A stretch of 63,545 nt of DNA, the filler included, from Reticulomyxa filosa (Eukaryota; Protista; Foraminifera): assembly GCA_000512085.1 (NCBI GenBank). It is 18 parts of 18 records of this genome, joined end to end, with 100 filler letters (N's around TTAATTAATTAA, not from the genome) between each part and the next. Parts side by side here need not be neighbours in the genome. Positions count along the whole stretch, not along the records: positions 1 to 26,867 come from ASPP01041559.1; 17 more parts are not named here. One strand, 5' to 3'. The notes under the pieces were generated by a model. That model had not been told where the DNA came from. It saw nothing but the letters and a program-made list of their open reading frames with translations, and made no database searches. Position 1 is the first letter of the stretch; every line of letters starts with the position of its first letter. Position numbers and translations under genes: made by a program. Positions 1 to 12,359 of the stretch are shown here, piece after piece.

Positions 1-462
1 TTACAATTTGAAAGAAAAGATTGGATTTTGTTTTCAAAACAAGTACATACCAATGACACAACTAATCAATTACGTGTTGAACATATTGAAGTATTGTGGC
101 GTCAATTAAATAACTTAGTTCAATCGGAACATTTGAATAAAAGTTCGATTACTCCATTTGTTCTTGATATTTATCAACGAGAATTACCTAATGAAATTCA
201 ATCACAAATTAAAGAGTTTGTGAAGAGGACATCATTAGGAACAATGAAAGACATATTAAAGGCATGGCGTGAAGTCGCTTATAAACAAGGACAGATTAGA
301 CAAGATGAAAATTCTCAATTTAGTCATTTCTTGGAAAAGTTTCTCTTTAATCAATTAGAATATTTTCCATATCAATCATTGACATGGAGCTATTGTGCTG
401 CTGCATATCGATGTGCATATCGAGAATGGAAAAAAAAGATCAGCAACCATTGCCCCTGTTAG
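1..462 (+). CDS. 3' end of an RNF213/mysterin-like protein (C-terminal domain), 5'-truncated by the window
   Basis: Frame is open from base 1. The blocks HIEVLWRQL, PFVLDIYQRELPNEIQSQIKEFVKRTSL and FPYQSLTWSYCAAAYRCA follow the order and spacing I recall for the RNF213 C-terminus (H..LW..L, PF..Y...L.....L..F, FP..L..C..W). TAG stop at 460-462. Confidence 0.6.
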   Translation, partial: LQFERKDWILFSKQVHTNDTTNQLRVEHIEVLWRQLNNLVQSEHLNKSSITPFVLDIYQRELPNEIQSQIKEFVKRTSLGTMKDILKAWREVAYKQGQIRQDENSQFSHFLEKFLFNQLEYFPYQSLTWSYCAAAYRCAYREWKKKISNHCPC

Positions 463-762
463 AATCTAAGAAATTTTGGGAAAAAATGTCTTTTTAGAAA
501 CATCATAATAATAATGTATAATTTTTTGTCCATTTGTATTTTTTTGATGCAAAAAAATTAATATTTTTGCACTAATTCCTAAATAATATGGATTAAGATT
601 CTTGAATTTGTGTAATTTGCTTCACCACGCACAAGATTTTGTTTTATGTGTCATATGTGACTACAATTGACTTTTTCATATCTCCAAAATAAATGTAGTT
701 TTAAATATTGTATTTTGTTTTTCATTTCATCTTTCCTAATCTTTTCATAAAGAAAATTGCTG

Positions 763-1170
763 CAAGTTGCAGAAAAAACTGCAATACCTTATGAAGATGA
801 TCGATTTTCTCGTGAAAAACAAACATTAAACAAATTTTTTATTTTTAAAAATATGTGTAGTTTTTAAATATGAAATTGGCCGTATAATAACTTTTCTTGG
901 TTGAATAAAATCTTTTTATTGTTTTTGAAAATTTCGCAGGAATGAATTTAAATCAAACATGTATTTGCACAATGAAACTTTTAAATCTTTTTATTTTTCT
1001 TGTATATACTTTTAACAAAAATTAGCAATGTATATTTCGTAGTTTTTGAAAAAACGTCAAAATTGAACTTTAGCTTTGAAAATTTGTTTAAATTTTAATT
1101 TTGATGTTTTATTGGTTTACTTCTGCTTTAATTAATGCTTCAATTCTTCTTAACATTAACTAAACTATTG
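763..1170 (-). mobile_element. Truncated Tc1/mariner-type element: TIR plus decayed transposase C-terminus
   Basis: 763-960 resembles 1885-2060 (ACTGCAATACC..ATGAAGATGATCGATTTTCTC.TGAAAAA...). The minus strand at about 1105-1160 reads MLRRIEALIKAE, matching the Tc1-type C-terminus MPRRxxAxIxAxG. Confidence 0.7.
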
Positions 1171-1884
1171 CTTTCATTCAAAAGTACATTTTAAGAAAGA
1201 ACAATCTTGCTACGAACTGAAAGTGGCGTAAAGAAATTCTTCACAAAGAACATACAAAAATTTTGCAATGATAGTGTAAGCAAAATTTGCACAGCAAGTG
1301 AGTTTGAATACAAAGATTTCAATGTTTCTGTAAGAAGAGAATAAATTAGATAACATGTCAACACAAGAACTAATGGAAGTATTGTGTGGACTATTAGATA
1401 TTTACAATTGAGCAAATACGCAAGCACATTACTCAAAACAAAAGAAAACCAGATAAATAAAACTAAAACGTTGACCAAGATCGCAAAAATCTAATCGGAT
1501 ACATAACAAAAATCCAAATTTAGTATTTGTATCAGATAGTGTACGCAAATATCATATTAGATATTGAGCGGGAAAGACATTGTTAACAAATTATGCACTT
1601 ACTAATTGTGACAGGTAAAGAAAAGCAAAAAATAAAAGAAATATAGTTAGAATGATGAATATCGGATTTGTAGCAAACAAGGTTACAGAAAAAAAGAATG
1701 TATGATAAAAATAGAAAACAAAGATTAAATATATTTTAAGAGTAAAGCAAGTATGTGCAAATGTCAATAATTACAAACTCCCAATTGTTGAAAATGGTAC
1801 CTTAATGAGAAACACGAAGGTAATGCAAATTCAAATGCAAATAGAAGAATCAGAATTACAAATTTATTAATTTCAGGATCTTCT

Positions 1885-2838
1885 ACTGCCATACCTAAAT
1901 GGCATTATGTGAAGAGAATCGATTTTCTCCATGAAAAATAAAGATTTAAACCTAATTTTAAAAAGAAATATTTAGTTTTTAAATATTAAATTGGTTTATA
2001 ATAAGTTTTTCCTAGGTTGATCAAAAATATGATTTTCAAATGATCTTTAAAAATTTCGAATGAGTTCATATAAATTGAACCTGTATCGAAAATAAGAAAT
2101 TTTAATTCTTAACAAAATTTTGAAATTTTTTTAATTAAATATTTTTTGTTAAAAATTGTATTTTTTGTAATGTTTTTAGTATTTTGCTGATTTTCCTTGT
2201 GCATTGATTATAGCTTCAATTCTCCTTGGCATTTTCTCAACTAGAGCTTAACATAGTTTAGTGTCAGTTTTTTCCCATTTTTTTCAAATTTTTCACAAAG
2301 TTATTGTTTATTGTTAATTTTTTCGCCTTTATATAATTTTACTTTATTTATCCACCAAAGGATATCAATTGGATTTTGGTTTGTTAAATTAGGAGAAAAT
2401 TTATTAGTTCTATTATTTTCTTTAAACCAATCAATTATTTCTTTAGCTTTGTGACATGATGAATCTTCTCTAACCTGCCAGATCAGCTTTTCTTTTTACT
2501 GTTCCATTACATTTATATGACGACAGCCAAAATCAAAGCTATAATTATGTTAAATTTCTTTGCTACAGATCGAATGCTAGCTCCACCAACTAGCATACCA
2601 ACAATCTTTTTTAAAAGAATCAAATTTTCACTATTTTAAACATCAAAATTTTGAAATGTCAATTAAAAATATTAACAATAAAAAAAATTAGCAAAAAAAA
2701 AAAATTTAACATTTAAAAACTGTAAGATTAGTATATATTTTTTAAAAAAATTAGGTTAAATCTTTATTTTTCATGGAGAAAATCAATTCTCTTCATATAG
2801 TGCCATTTAGTTATTGCAGTTTTTTTTTCAATCTACTG
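1885..2838 (-). mobile_element. Non-autonomous IS630/Tc1/mariner deletion derivative with terminal inverted repeats
   Basis: 1885-1949 matches the reverse complement of 2756-2820 with 5 mismatches in 65 nt. The right end ...CAATCTACTG (2838) is followed by TA, i.e. a TA|CAGT terminus on the minus strand. Minus-strand remnants: HTH IVGMLVGGASIRSVAKKFN (about 2545-2605), IWQ...SCHKAKEIIDWFKEN...NPIDILW (about 2355-2485), LVEKMPRRIEAIINAQGKSAKY* (about 2176-2244). Confidence 0.88.
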
Positions 2839-5117
2839 TATATAATATTATTTTTGAATTATCTATATTATTTATGCCTTCTTTGTGATATATCGTCATA
2901 CTAAGACTGTTGTATTTATCAACGTATACTCTATATCATTTTTACGTATGATTGCCAACTTGTCACTTTCAATTACATTTTGTTTATTATCACAACTGGA
3001 TGTTCGTCATCTCCATTGTTGTTCATGTGCTTGTAGACTTCTATGTATTGTGTTCAATTGCTGTTGTTCAATTTGTATACATGTTTATCGTTTTTGTTTT
3101 CCTTGCTTTATTGGCAATTACAATTGCGTTACCTTTTATTTGCCAAAGCTTTCTTTGCTAACCTGTTGTCTGTCAGATCTTGATTGTCATTCACTATAGC
3201 TTTGTTGCTTTTCATTTTGATTTTTACTATATCTGCTTTGTGATATGTTGTTGTGATGTTATTTTGCTTGTCTACCAGTATGTGTATTTTTGCGCGTCAA
3301 TATTGTTTGATGAAGTGGCTTCATCTTGCATCTAGAGTCAAGTGCTTTTACTTTGCTATAACTATTTTGTAGTATTCTATTCTCACCGTAATTACTTGCT
3401 TTGTGATACTAGACAAATCCTTTTTCTTATTGTCATTGTCATAGCTGTCCAATTTGTCATTATCAACAGCGCTTTCTTCATGTTATCTGCCTTTTATGAT
3501 GTTGTTATTGTTAGTCAGCTTTTTTTCAGTGTTTCTTGTAACTTTGCGTTTGTGTGTTGCTTGCTTAGACAATTGTTTTGTTATAATCTTTTATGCTTTT
3601 GTTCAATGTCAAGTCGTCGTTGATAGTCGATGACATATCCTTTTCCAAATGCCGAACTGTTTTTGAAAAAGTTTTATGTAGCTCAGGGCTCATGCTCCTT
3701 GAGAAAAGTTGGAGTTAGGCCACTGTTGTTAGTCAGTCACAATATTTTTTTCATTTCTAAAAAGAAATTTACATTAATGATTAATGATTTTTGATTGTTG
3801 CCTCTTCTTGAGCATACTTTGTTGTTTTGAAATGTTGCATATAGCGTTTTTGTCTAAAATATGAGTCGGCAAAATGCTGTTTTTGCAATTCTATGTTAGA
3901 AATATTTGATTTTGGTGATTGTATTTTTGAGGATGGGTTGTCCAGTAGACTGTACATGTGTTTGATTGGCTAAATGCTCAGTATATCTCGACTTGACCAA
4001 CTGTTTAGCACTTTCAAAGAGCCGTTTTCTATGCAAAATCTTGTTAATAGCACAATATTTCAACGAGTAACTTCTCACTATCTTTACAACTGCCCACAAT
4101 GTTTCAACGAATTTCGTTTATATCGATATTTTGAAATTCATTAAGATCTCAGTTTCTTCTTTGTTAAAACACCGTCATTGCACTAATCACATATGTTCAT
4201 GCTGTAGTTTTGTTCAATCTTGTCTTTTTTCAGGGATTTAATTTCAACTAATACAGTTTGATAAAGTAAAATGATGCAGTTACTGAACGTGTCAAACGAA
4301 AAAGGCGTTTTTTGAAGTGAGTTTTTCATTTAAAAGAAATAATCTGAGGTGAAAGAGACGCATGAAATTAGGACTGCCTTTTCTTGATTGGTTCTGTCAT
4401 GTATAAATCAATGAAAGCCATAGCTGCCTTATTGTCACCCTTTAATGATACTTCGCGTCTTATAAGCAACAACGCCGAAAAGAGTTTACGTGAAGAAGAG
4501 GCTAAAACATTGGATAGTGTTTGTTCAGGATTGACGAAGCCGATCGTCCATTCAAAAAATAACGGTATCAAGAAAAGCCTTTGTACGAAGTAGTGAGATG
4601 GCGAACAATAAAAAATTGAGATGGCGCTTGTTTATTTTAAAAGTTTTTTTGTCCCATTTTAAAAAAAAAAAGTGTGAAGGTCTTTTAGAAAGCTTACAGG
4701 GTTGCTTTCGAATTGAGCCAAAATGAGTTTGTTTATCCGACAAAAGTACGAAAGTTTTTGTATGTTGTGGACTAAATAGTATGTAATTGTGATACCACGA
4801 ATTCAAATAACTTGGTATGACATTTGATTTATAAGATTTTTTTTTTTTTGGCATGTTTGAATAAACGTATATAGTTTATAGTTTTTTTTTGTTTGTTTGA
4901 ACGGGTTTTCGGGTTGACGAGAAGAAAGAAAAGGGCAGCAACGTATCGGACTCGAAGCAATACAATGACGAAAAGCAAGAAAGTAATAAGATATTTTGCG
5001 CACAAGAAGCAGCACAGTTGTCTGTGTCGGCAACGTCATACAAGTATATCGAAAGCGAAAATGAAAATGAAAACGAAGCTGAAATAGCGAAACAGTGTCA
5101 CCACAGCACAATAATGG

Positions 5118-7901
5118 ATGTCTTCAATCTTTGGTACACATGTTTCAAAGTCTGGACACCAGTTCTGTCTGTGTGGTGGTATGTGTTTCTTCTTTTTTTT
5201 ATTTATTTATTATTTTTATTTTTTTTTTTATTGAGCGATCGATCTCAAAAGCGAGGAGAGATAAGATAGAGAGAAAGAAAAAAAAAAAAAAACTGACTCC
5301 AGAAAGCAATGATGGAGAAACACCGACAACTGACAAAACCGAAACGATGGAGTGTTTGCTCTGTAGCGGCGCATTAGAAAACGAAAACGAAAACGTAAAC
5401 GTAGTAGACGCTGGTATCCCAATTGCCAATGCTAGTGTTGCTGAAGGTGGTTCGCAGCGCAGTACATTGGACGAGAATGACGAGAGTACGCTGTTGTCGA
5501 GGACACAGCAGCAACGAGGTGGAGACCACGACGACGACGACGACGACGCTGGTGTGAATATGAAACTGATATCTGCAAGCAACAAAGACAACAACGACAA
5601 CGACAAAGACAATGACAATGATAAAGACGATGACAACAAGAGAGTGACGATGGAAGAGAGCAGGCCGCAGCGCATGTGGAGCGCCGAGCAAATGATAATG
5701 TCGGCCAAAACGAATACTAACATGCTATGCAAAAACTTTGAAATCAAAACGTCATTGGGATCGGGGGATTTGGGAAAGTGGTTGAGGCGATCCACGTCGT
5801 TGATCAGTCGAAGTATGCCATCAAAATCATTCCCTTTTCTTTGGATCAAAAGAATCAATACATTTTAAATGGAATTGAGGTTGGAACACTTTTCTCTCTC
5901 TCTTTGTGCTCTGTGCTTCTGTTCTTACTATTGGAAATGCTAAAAAAAAAAAAAACAATGACATGCCTGATTCTTGTCACAGTGCTTGCGTGAGGCTCGA
6001 AGCATGGCCAAGATGTCGTCTCATCCCAATGTGGTTCGCTATTTCACTGCGTGGACGGAAGAGATGACAGACGAGCTTTCCGAACTGATCAAAGAAATCC
6101 AAACGCAAAAGCAACAAAATCACAGTTCCGCAGACACGGAGGAAAACCATCACGAAAAAGTCGAGTTCGTCCCGACCAATCCGTGGTCTTCCCTGTCCAT
6201 TGGGTCCATCGACAAGGGCTCCTCGCCAACGAAGAGTGAGCTCATGTACACGCCATTGAGCAAGAGCTTGGTCCGTAACTTCATTTCGGGCTTTGAGGAT
6301 GAACCCGTGCTTGAAAGCAGAAAGACGGAGGTGCACTTTGCCTCCCATGCCATTGTGGAACATGACCAATTGGAACCGGTGAAATTCTTTTCCAAGGAAC
6401 ATTCCCTGTCCTTTCTTCACGCCCAAAGTGAACGCGACCATGACTACGAGGATGAACGCGAAAAAAGGGAAGGCACATGTGACCTCAAAAGTGAACACGA
6501 CAAAAAAGCCATTGTCTCGGATCCCGTTGCGCAAGCCACTCCCACTCACTCGTTGGTACACGTTGCGCAGGCCTCGGCAACCAATCTGTTTTCGGAAATG
6601 AAAAACACTTTCTATGAGTTGTATCAAAGGAGATTACGACGCTCCACTGCTGACCTATTGACCAAGGCGAATGCTGATGAAGGCCATCTCTCGGACGATG
6701 AACGTGAACAACTGGCTGCGATCAAAAACAATGCCATAAAGCATCACAGTCATGTGCTCATCATTCAAATGGAAATGTGCGAACAAGGCACCTTGAAAGA
6801 ATGGTTATGTCAGCGCACCGAAGTGGATGTGCTACAGTCATGGAAAATACTCCATCAAATTGTTAAAGGCTTGCATCACATCCATGTGTGTCACGTGCTG
6901 CATCGTGATGTCAAGCCAGACAATGTTTTCATGTGCACAAATAATACTGTCAAACTGGGGGATTTTGGTCTCAGTGTACATCCGCCAAGCGAAAAGATTT
7001 CATCTGGATATCACTGGAGCGAGGATGTCGGCTCAAACGCGGTTGGAAATACTCAATGTCAGTTCAATTTGTATGTTCTATGTTGTAGTACATCTTGTTT
7101 TAAATATACGTACATTTGCAAACAGTGCATTTGACTGCCGGTTTGGGAACCCCAACATATGCGGCTCCAGAACAAATCAAAGGATTGCGCGACAGCCGAA
7201 GAAAAGGTAGCACGCGAGAGTATAATAGTTACTCCAAACCGGCCGATGTCTATCCGCTTGGTCTGATTGCTTATGAGTTGTTTTGCAACTTCACCACCAC
7301 GATGGAACGCTTAATTGCCTTTGAAAAGCTTAAAACAACTGGTGATCCTGATGAACAGTTTCAGGCAAAATATCCCAAAAAATTGTCGTTGTTAATCAAT
7401 AAAATGATATCTCAGGACCCAAGTCAAAGACCACTGACAGATGAAATATTGCAAAGTCTGGAAGATTTGTACGGTGAATTGTGCCAGAGTGTGCACTTTT
7501 CAAACGATTTGGATAAACCCTGTGTTTTCAATCCTAGTCACAATTCAATTTTAACTTGTCCATTACCTCATTGTACTCACGGCGTTTTTACGTCCGAAAA
7601 TGTCTCGCATGAAATTGTGAATAACGGCCAAGCACATGCGTCTCATTATGAACTTGAAACAAATTCGTTGATTGTGGCAGCCACACATCCTGAAAGATCT
7701 GTCCATTGTTGCAATCAGTTTGGCGAAACGCAATTGTCACCTAAATCTACTCAATGTTCTTGTGGCAATGACGAGTCGATTGTAAAAATGAAAAACTTGC
7801 AAATTGATTTGCTGAAGGACAGGATCTTCAAATTAGAATCTCTTTTGTGTGAAATCACTGGGAGACCAGACGGCACTGTGGATGTCACTACTCAAAGTTA
7901 G
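5118..7901 (+). CDS. eIF2-alpha kinase (HRI-like). Model join(5118..5178,5303..5879,5983..7057,7126..7901) with a 1-nt frameshift at G5 5763-5767
   Basis: Motifs LGSGxFGKV, YAIKII, HPNVVRYFTAW, a long kinase insert, LIIQMEMCEQGTLKEWL, HRDVKPDNVF, VKLGDFGL, TAGLGTPTYAAPEQ, DVYPLGLIAYELF, and a C-terminal coiled coil (KNLQIDLLKDRIFKLESLL). GT-AG introns keep phase. Exon 1/start codon is less certain (alternative ATG at 5347). Confidence 0.9.
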
Positions 7902-8651
7902 TTTTTTCGACTAATTATGAGATCTTTTTTCCTTCTTAATTGTCTTTTTTTTCTGATGATATTTTGGACATGTTTGGATGGATTTATTTTATGTATAAGT
8001 GGGAAACTGTTTTTCAATTTGAGACACTCTTTTTTTGAACAATTTTTTCAAGTGTTTGTTACATTGTTTTGTTTATTGATAAAAGAAACTGGTGTTTGTT
8101 TACAGGTGTTTGTTGATGTTTCTCAATATTGGGTAAAACAGTGGAAAAACATCCTCTCTTCGTATGTTCGATATTAGTCAAGCACTTTTGATGTTGATGG
8201 GTTTGATTTCTGCATACAAAATGTAGTTTTTATGTGTGTCGCGATATTGTTTCTATTTTGTCGTAAATCGACCTAAAGAAGGTTGCATATTTCTTGTTCT
8301 GTTGGAAGAAAAAAATTTTAGCATAATGTGGTCTAAGTATTTTAATTATCAATTTTTTGTGATTAAATGAAAATAAAATCTTTTCATTCATCCATTTGAT
8401 AACAATCTTAACATGTCGAAATATTTTGCACAACCAGAAAAACAATATACAAAAACAAAAGAATACAAACGCCAAGGAGCAAAGTGTACGTTTATAATTT
8501 AAGGCACAGTACAGTACTTTTACCGGAAGAGATCTCACATAAAAAATCACAACTCTGTCCTTCTTCCAAAATTTCATTTCACATTTTTTGTTTTTTTGTT
8601 GATGCATTTTATGTCTTTTGTTTTGTTGTCATCGTTTACTGGCAAGCAAAT

Positions 8652-9400
8652 TCACCAAAATATTGCCCTATACAACACAGCCATCATCAATATTTTTGCA
8701 TAAGCAAACAAGCCCGTAAAAGTGATATAAGTTTTAATTACCAAGTATCCCAATGATTCCGAAAGTAGCCAATATTGCAGAGAAGTACCACAGCAGTTTC
8801 CAATAGTATGGAAATGTGTAGGTAGTGTTTGAAGTGCTGAATTGAATTGGTAGATCAGTCGAGTGATTAAAAAATGTTGTTGAGTTATTGCTTTGTGTAT
8901 GCTCACTGATCCCATCATTATCGTCCTCATTCATCTCTTCTGTTGAGCGTATGGCCAAGGCTACATTGTAGCTTCGCTTTCCAAATTGCATGGTCATCAA
9001 CTCACCATTCCCATCCACCGGTTCACAAACGACATCTTTTGCAGACATTGCTACGAAACGATAAGCTTTGTCCGAAAGAAATATTATATCGCCTTTTTTT
9101 AGCTTTGTCAAACAACACAAGAAAAGCATATATTGCATTATTTGCTTATGCATTTTTTATCCTCCAAATGCATAACCAATTCATTTAATAAAGACAAACT
9201 TGTTTAGTTGTTTCCAAATTTGGTGGGTTGCCACTCTTTAGTTCTGAACATCTTCGTAAATGCATCTTTCCCATTTCTATCAAGAAATTACCTAGAACAT
9301 ATTCTGTATTGTGACAGTCATGTAATGACATTTCATTTGTATTTGCAGTTAACATTTTTACCCCAACAACCAAAAAAAAATTCAAGCTTATTCCCCTTCT
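8652..9400 (-). CDS. Uncharacterised multi-exon protein with a hydrophobic C-terminal segment; likely homopolymer frameshifts
   Basis: Protein-like ORF pieces 9185..9442 and 8734..9153 (LKKGDIIFLSDKAYRFVAMSAKDVVCEPVDG...YWKLLWYFSAILATFGII) that continue in another frame (YLVIKTYITFTGLFAYAKILMMAVLY). Confidence 0.35.
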
Positions 9401-9631
9401 TAGTATCCAAAGTACTGGTACACTGATATTTTTACAAAGCAAGTGCGAAAGAACATAGTGACGGGTTCAGCAGACATATGTAGATCTTCAGAAGAAAGCA
9501 AGTTAACATTGAGACAGTTGTCACATTTGATATCAAAACAGAATAGTGGAAATGTCGCATGACAAACGAAATTCCTCCAAAACTCACATGTGCAAGAAAC
9601 ATGTAAGATTCATAACAGCTGAGGTTTCTCC

Positions 9632-12359
9632 TCAACTTTCACCAAAGGCAGTACGTTTTGCCGCCAAAACACTTGGAAAGGCACGAAACGCATCCAAAAG
9701 TAGCTGTCCGCTTTTGAATGAATCTCCAATCCATTCCAGTGTGACACAATCACGATGATGTTTATTGATTTTAACGTGTTCGAGCAGTTCGCGCATCTCA
9801 AATTGTGGTTTCTTCCAAAACCCTAAAGCAGCCACTGCAGCACAAACGAGTAACTTGGACCTTCCATCCTCGTGAAAAACCATTAAATTTTGTATAGCAA
9901 ACACCAACATCGAAGCCAATCCTATTTATCCATTTATTTTCATTAAAATAAAAAGCGAGCCTCTTTTTTTTTTTTTTTGCATGCAGACACCTAATCCTCT
10001 TGCAGATTCTTGTGTGGCCAGCATATCAATGACAACTTGTCTCCGAAACGAATCAATATAAATTAATGCCGCGGACTGCATTACATCTTCACGGTCGCAA
10101 ACAAACCCCATTTTAATGGACACCTATGACATTATTTCACAGTTTTGGCGTACTTTGTTTGTTTTGTTTTGTTTTTACACAAAGTAACCTCTGATCTTTG
10201 GCCCAATGACATTTTGACGACTCGTGAATACAAGGATTGGGACATTAACTCATTCATTTCTTTTCTTCGTTGATGATTGCCATTGATGTCACATATGGTC
10301 AACGTCCAGCCATCGAAGCGATAGCAGACATTCCTTTCGTGGCGGGTCCAATGGCAAAGATGTCATACATACACAAGCATACACAAATGGAAACAAACAA
10401 TAGAATAAAAAAAACAAAGCAAAGCAAATGAACCAACCAATTTCCACGCACAGATCGACGTCTGCTGCCAAACCAAACGGTGTCGACTTTGTAATAACTT
10501 AAAGTATGTTGTTGGTTTATGGTGTGATTGGAATTATGGGATGGAGTGTCACACAGAGGATGGACAGTCGTATTTCTTTTCGGTTTTGTTTTGTGATCAT
10601 CTTTTTCTGTAAACAATGATATTGATCGCATTTTTTCTTGGAGGCGAGCACTGCTTCGACGAATGATTGGAGTGACACACGTGTCACTTTTGGCGTTATT
10701 TCTTGCATCGATTGTGTCGGTGCTGTTGCAATTACCTTTGGTGAGACAAGAAAATATATTCAAAAGAGACTGGCCTACTTCTGCTTTCGTTTCAAGAGCA
10801 GTCCATTTGAACCAACACACGTCCTTTTTCATGTGAGACGCTGTTGTCACACCACTATTATCATGCCATGACTCGAGAACACCTTTGAACTCGTTGCTGA
10901 AACAGAAAGGAGGCAGCATTTCAAACTGCAACGGCTTTTGGCTCCAAAAATCAAATGTCTTTTTTTGGGACTCCGTTTCTTCTTTGCTCCTTTTTGAGAG
11001 GCGGCTTTGCGTTTCAGAGTTTGAATGAGAAAAGGAGCGAGCACATGCAAATAATAGACAGTTGGTATTTTTTTGTAACGTCAGGCATCTTTGTACCAAC
11101 AACACTAATGCCTGTTCAAAGTCTTTGTTTGTTTGTTTGTTTGTTTTCGTTGTCCTGCCTTTCTTGTCCTTCTTTGCGTGTGTATATATTTGTGTCTGTA
11201 TTTGCTCGATTTTATTGTTTGCAAACAAAACAAAGCAAAGGCCTGTGTGTAGTGTATTCCAAACCAGCGTTTGCAAAAGTGTGTCGCGTACAGAGGTAGT
11301 CAATGACAATATGTTCATTGTTGCCGTGTATATAAAATAATATGCCACTGGCAATATACAAGTTATGATTACAAACATAGCCCATTTTCATTTTGGTTTT
11401 GTTCTTTGGCTTGTTTGAACAAACAAAAAAAAAACACACAGCTCTTTTTCTTTGGATTCTCTCTTTTATCTTTCCAGACTTTAGAAGACACACAAAGATA
11501 AAAAAACACAAACGTTGGTTTGATCAACAAGCACAAAGTGAAATTTTGGATTTTCTTCAATGAACATTTCAACAACAGCCGCCCTCATTTCACAATTTTC
11601 ATCAATATCACATAACCGAAACATCCATTCTCCCACTTTATATTCCACATGCCTATTTACACACATATATACATACAAAAAAAGGTACCAATATAGTCAA
11701 TATGTCCCAATTACCTTGTCAACATACATTCAACCCCAATTTGATTTTTCAACCAATCAAAATGCGACACATACATTTAAAAAACAAAAGGATTCGAGTT
11801 CAAAGAGGAGTGTATTCATCAAAAAAAAAAAAAACGAGTGCAAAGGATAAGACAACACCCAAGGAAATGACAGAAATCACAAGGTGTAAAACGAAAAAAA
11901 CTCAACACACCAAATGTCTCGTTCATTCTCCGTGTTGACAGCGAAATCGTCTAAACAATGGTAAGAAGTAGAGTGGTTGGACATGTTGAAAGGAGGTGTT
12001 TCCAAAGGTTCTTGATGATCACTTGTGACTGTATTCGGTTCGCTTCCGTTGCCAACATTCACAACTATGCTTGTCAATGATTGGCTGCAACTCACTCTTT
12101 TGCGTCTTCTCCTTCTCTTGCTGCTGTTGCTATCAATGATCTTCGTGTCCTTGGTACTTGCATGATCAAGACCTTCTTTCTTTGTTTCATTTTATTCATG
12201 TATTCATTGTTTGTATACCGTTTTTTGGTTTTGTACTTAGCAGAAAAGACAAGTTTCCCTAGTCATTCTTCCTGAATAACCCTCATGAAACATAACATTT
12301 TGATTGAATCGTCGTCGCTTGCGTGGAGGATTTTGAAATGACTGCAAAGTAAATGCCAT
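9632..12359 (-). CDS. Tandem double GNAT-fold acetyltransferase-like protein with basic NLS-like motifs; about 8 exons
   Basis: Spliced domain 2: ...SAALIYIDSFRRQVVIDMLATQESARGLGLASML...KLLVCAAVAALGFWKKPQFE (motif A ARGLGLA, motif B A..FW.K). Domain 1 is a paralogous copy. N-terminal PPRKRRR and KRRRRRKR. Introns at 11653-11910, 11410-11513, 11123-11264, 10334-10437, 10124-10188 and 9922-9990, plus one near 12180-12281. Confidence 0.75.

Noticed and set aside
1170-1790. A-rich, decayed-coding-looking stretch between transposon pieces
   Set aside because: Many stops and no identifiable motif.
2880-3625. Hydrophobic Cys/Phe-rich plus-strand ORFs; weak RNase H-like WQIKGNAIVIANKAR on the minus strand
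   Set aside because: The ORFs are shadows of T-rich sequence, and the retroelement resemblance rests on one degenerate motif. It may be a decayed LINE but I cannot support that.
5199-6627. Long antisense ORFs (219 and 216 aa) over the kinase; similar ones over other genes
   Set aside because: Antisense shadows of GC-richer or low-complexity coding sequence.
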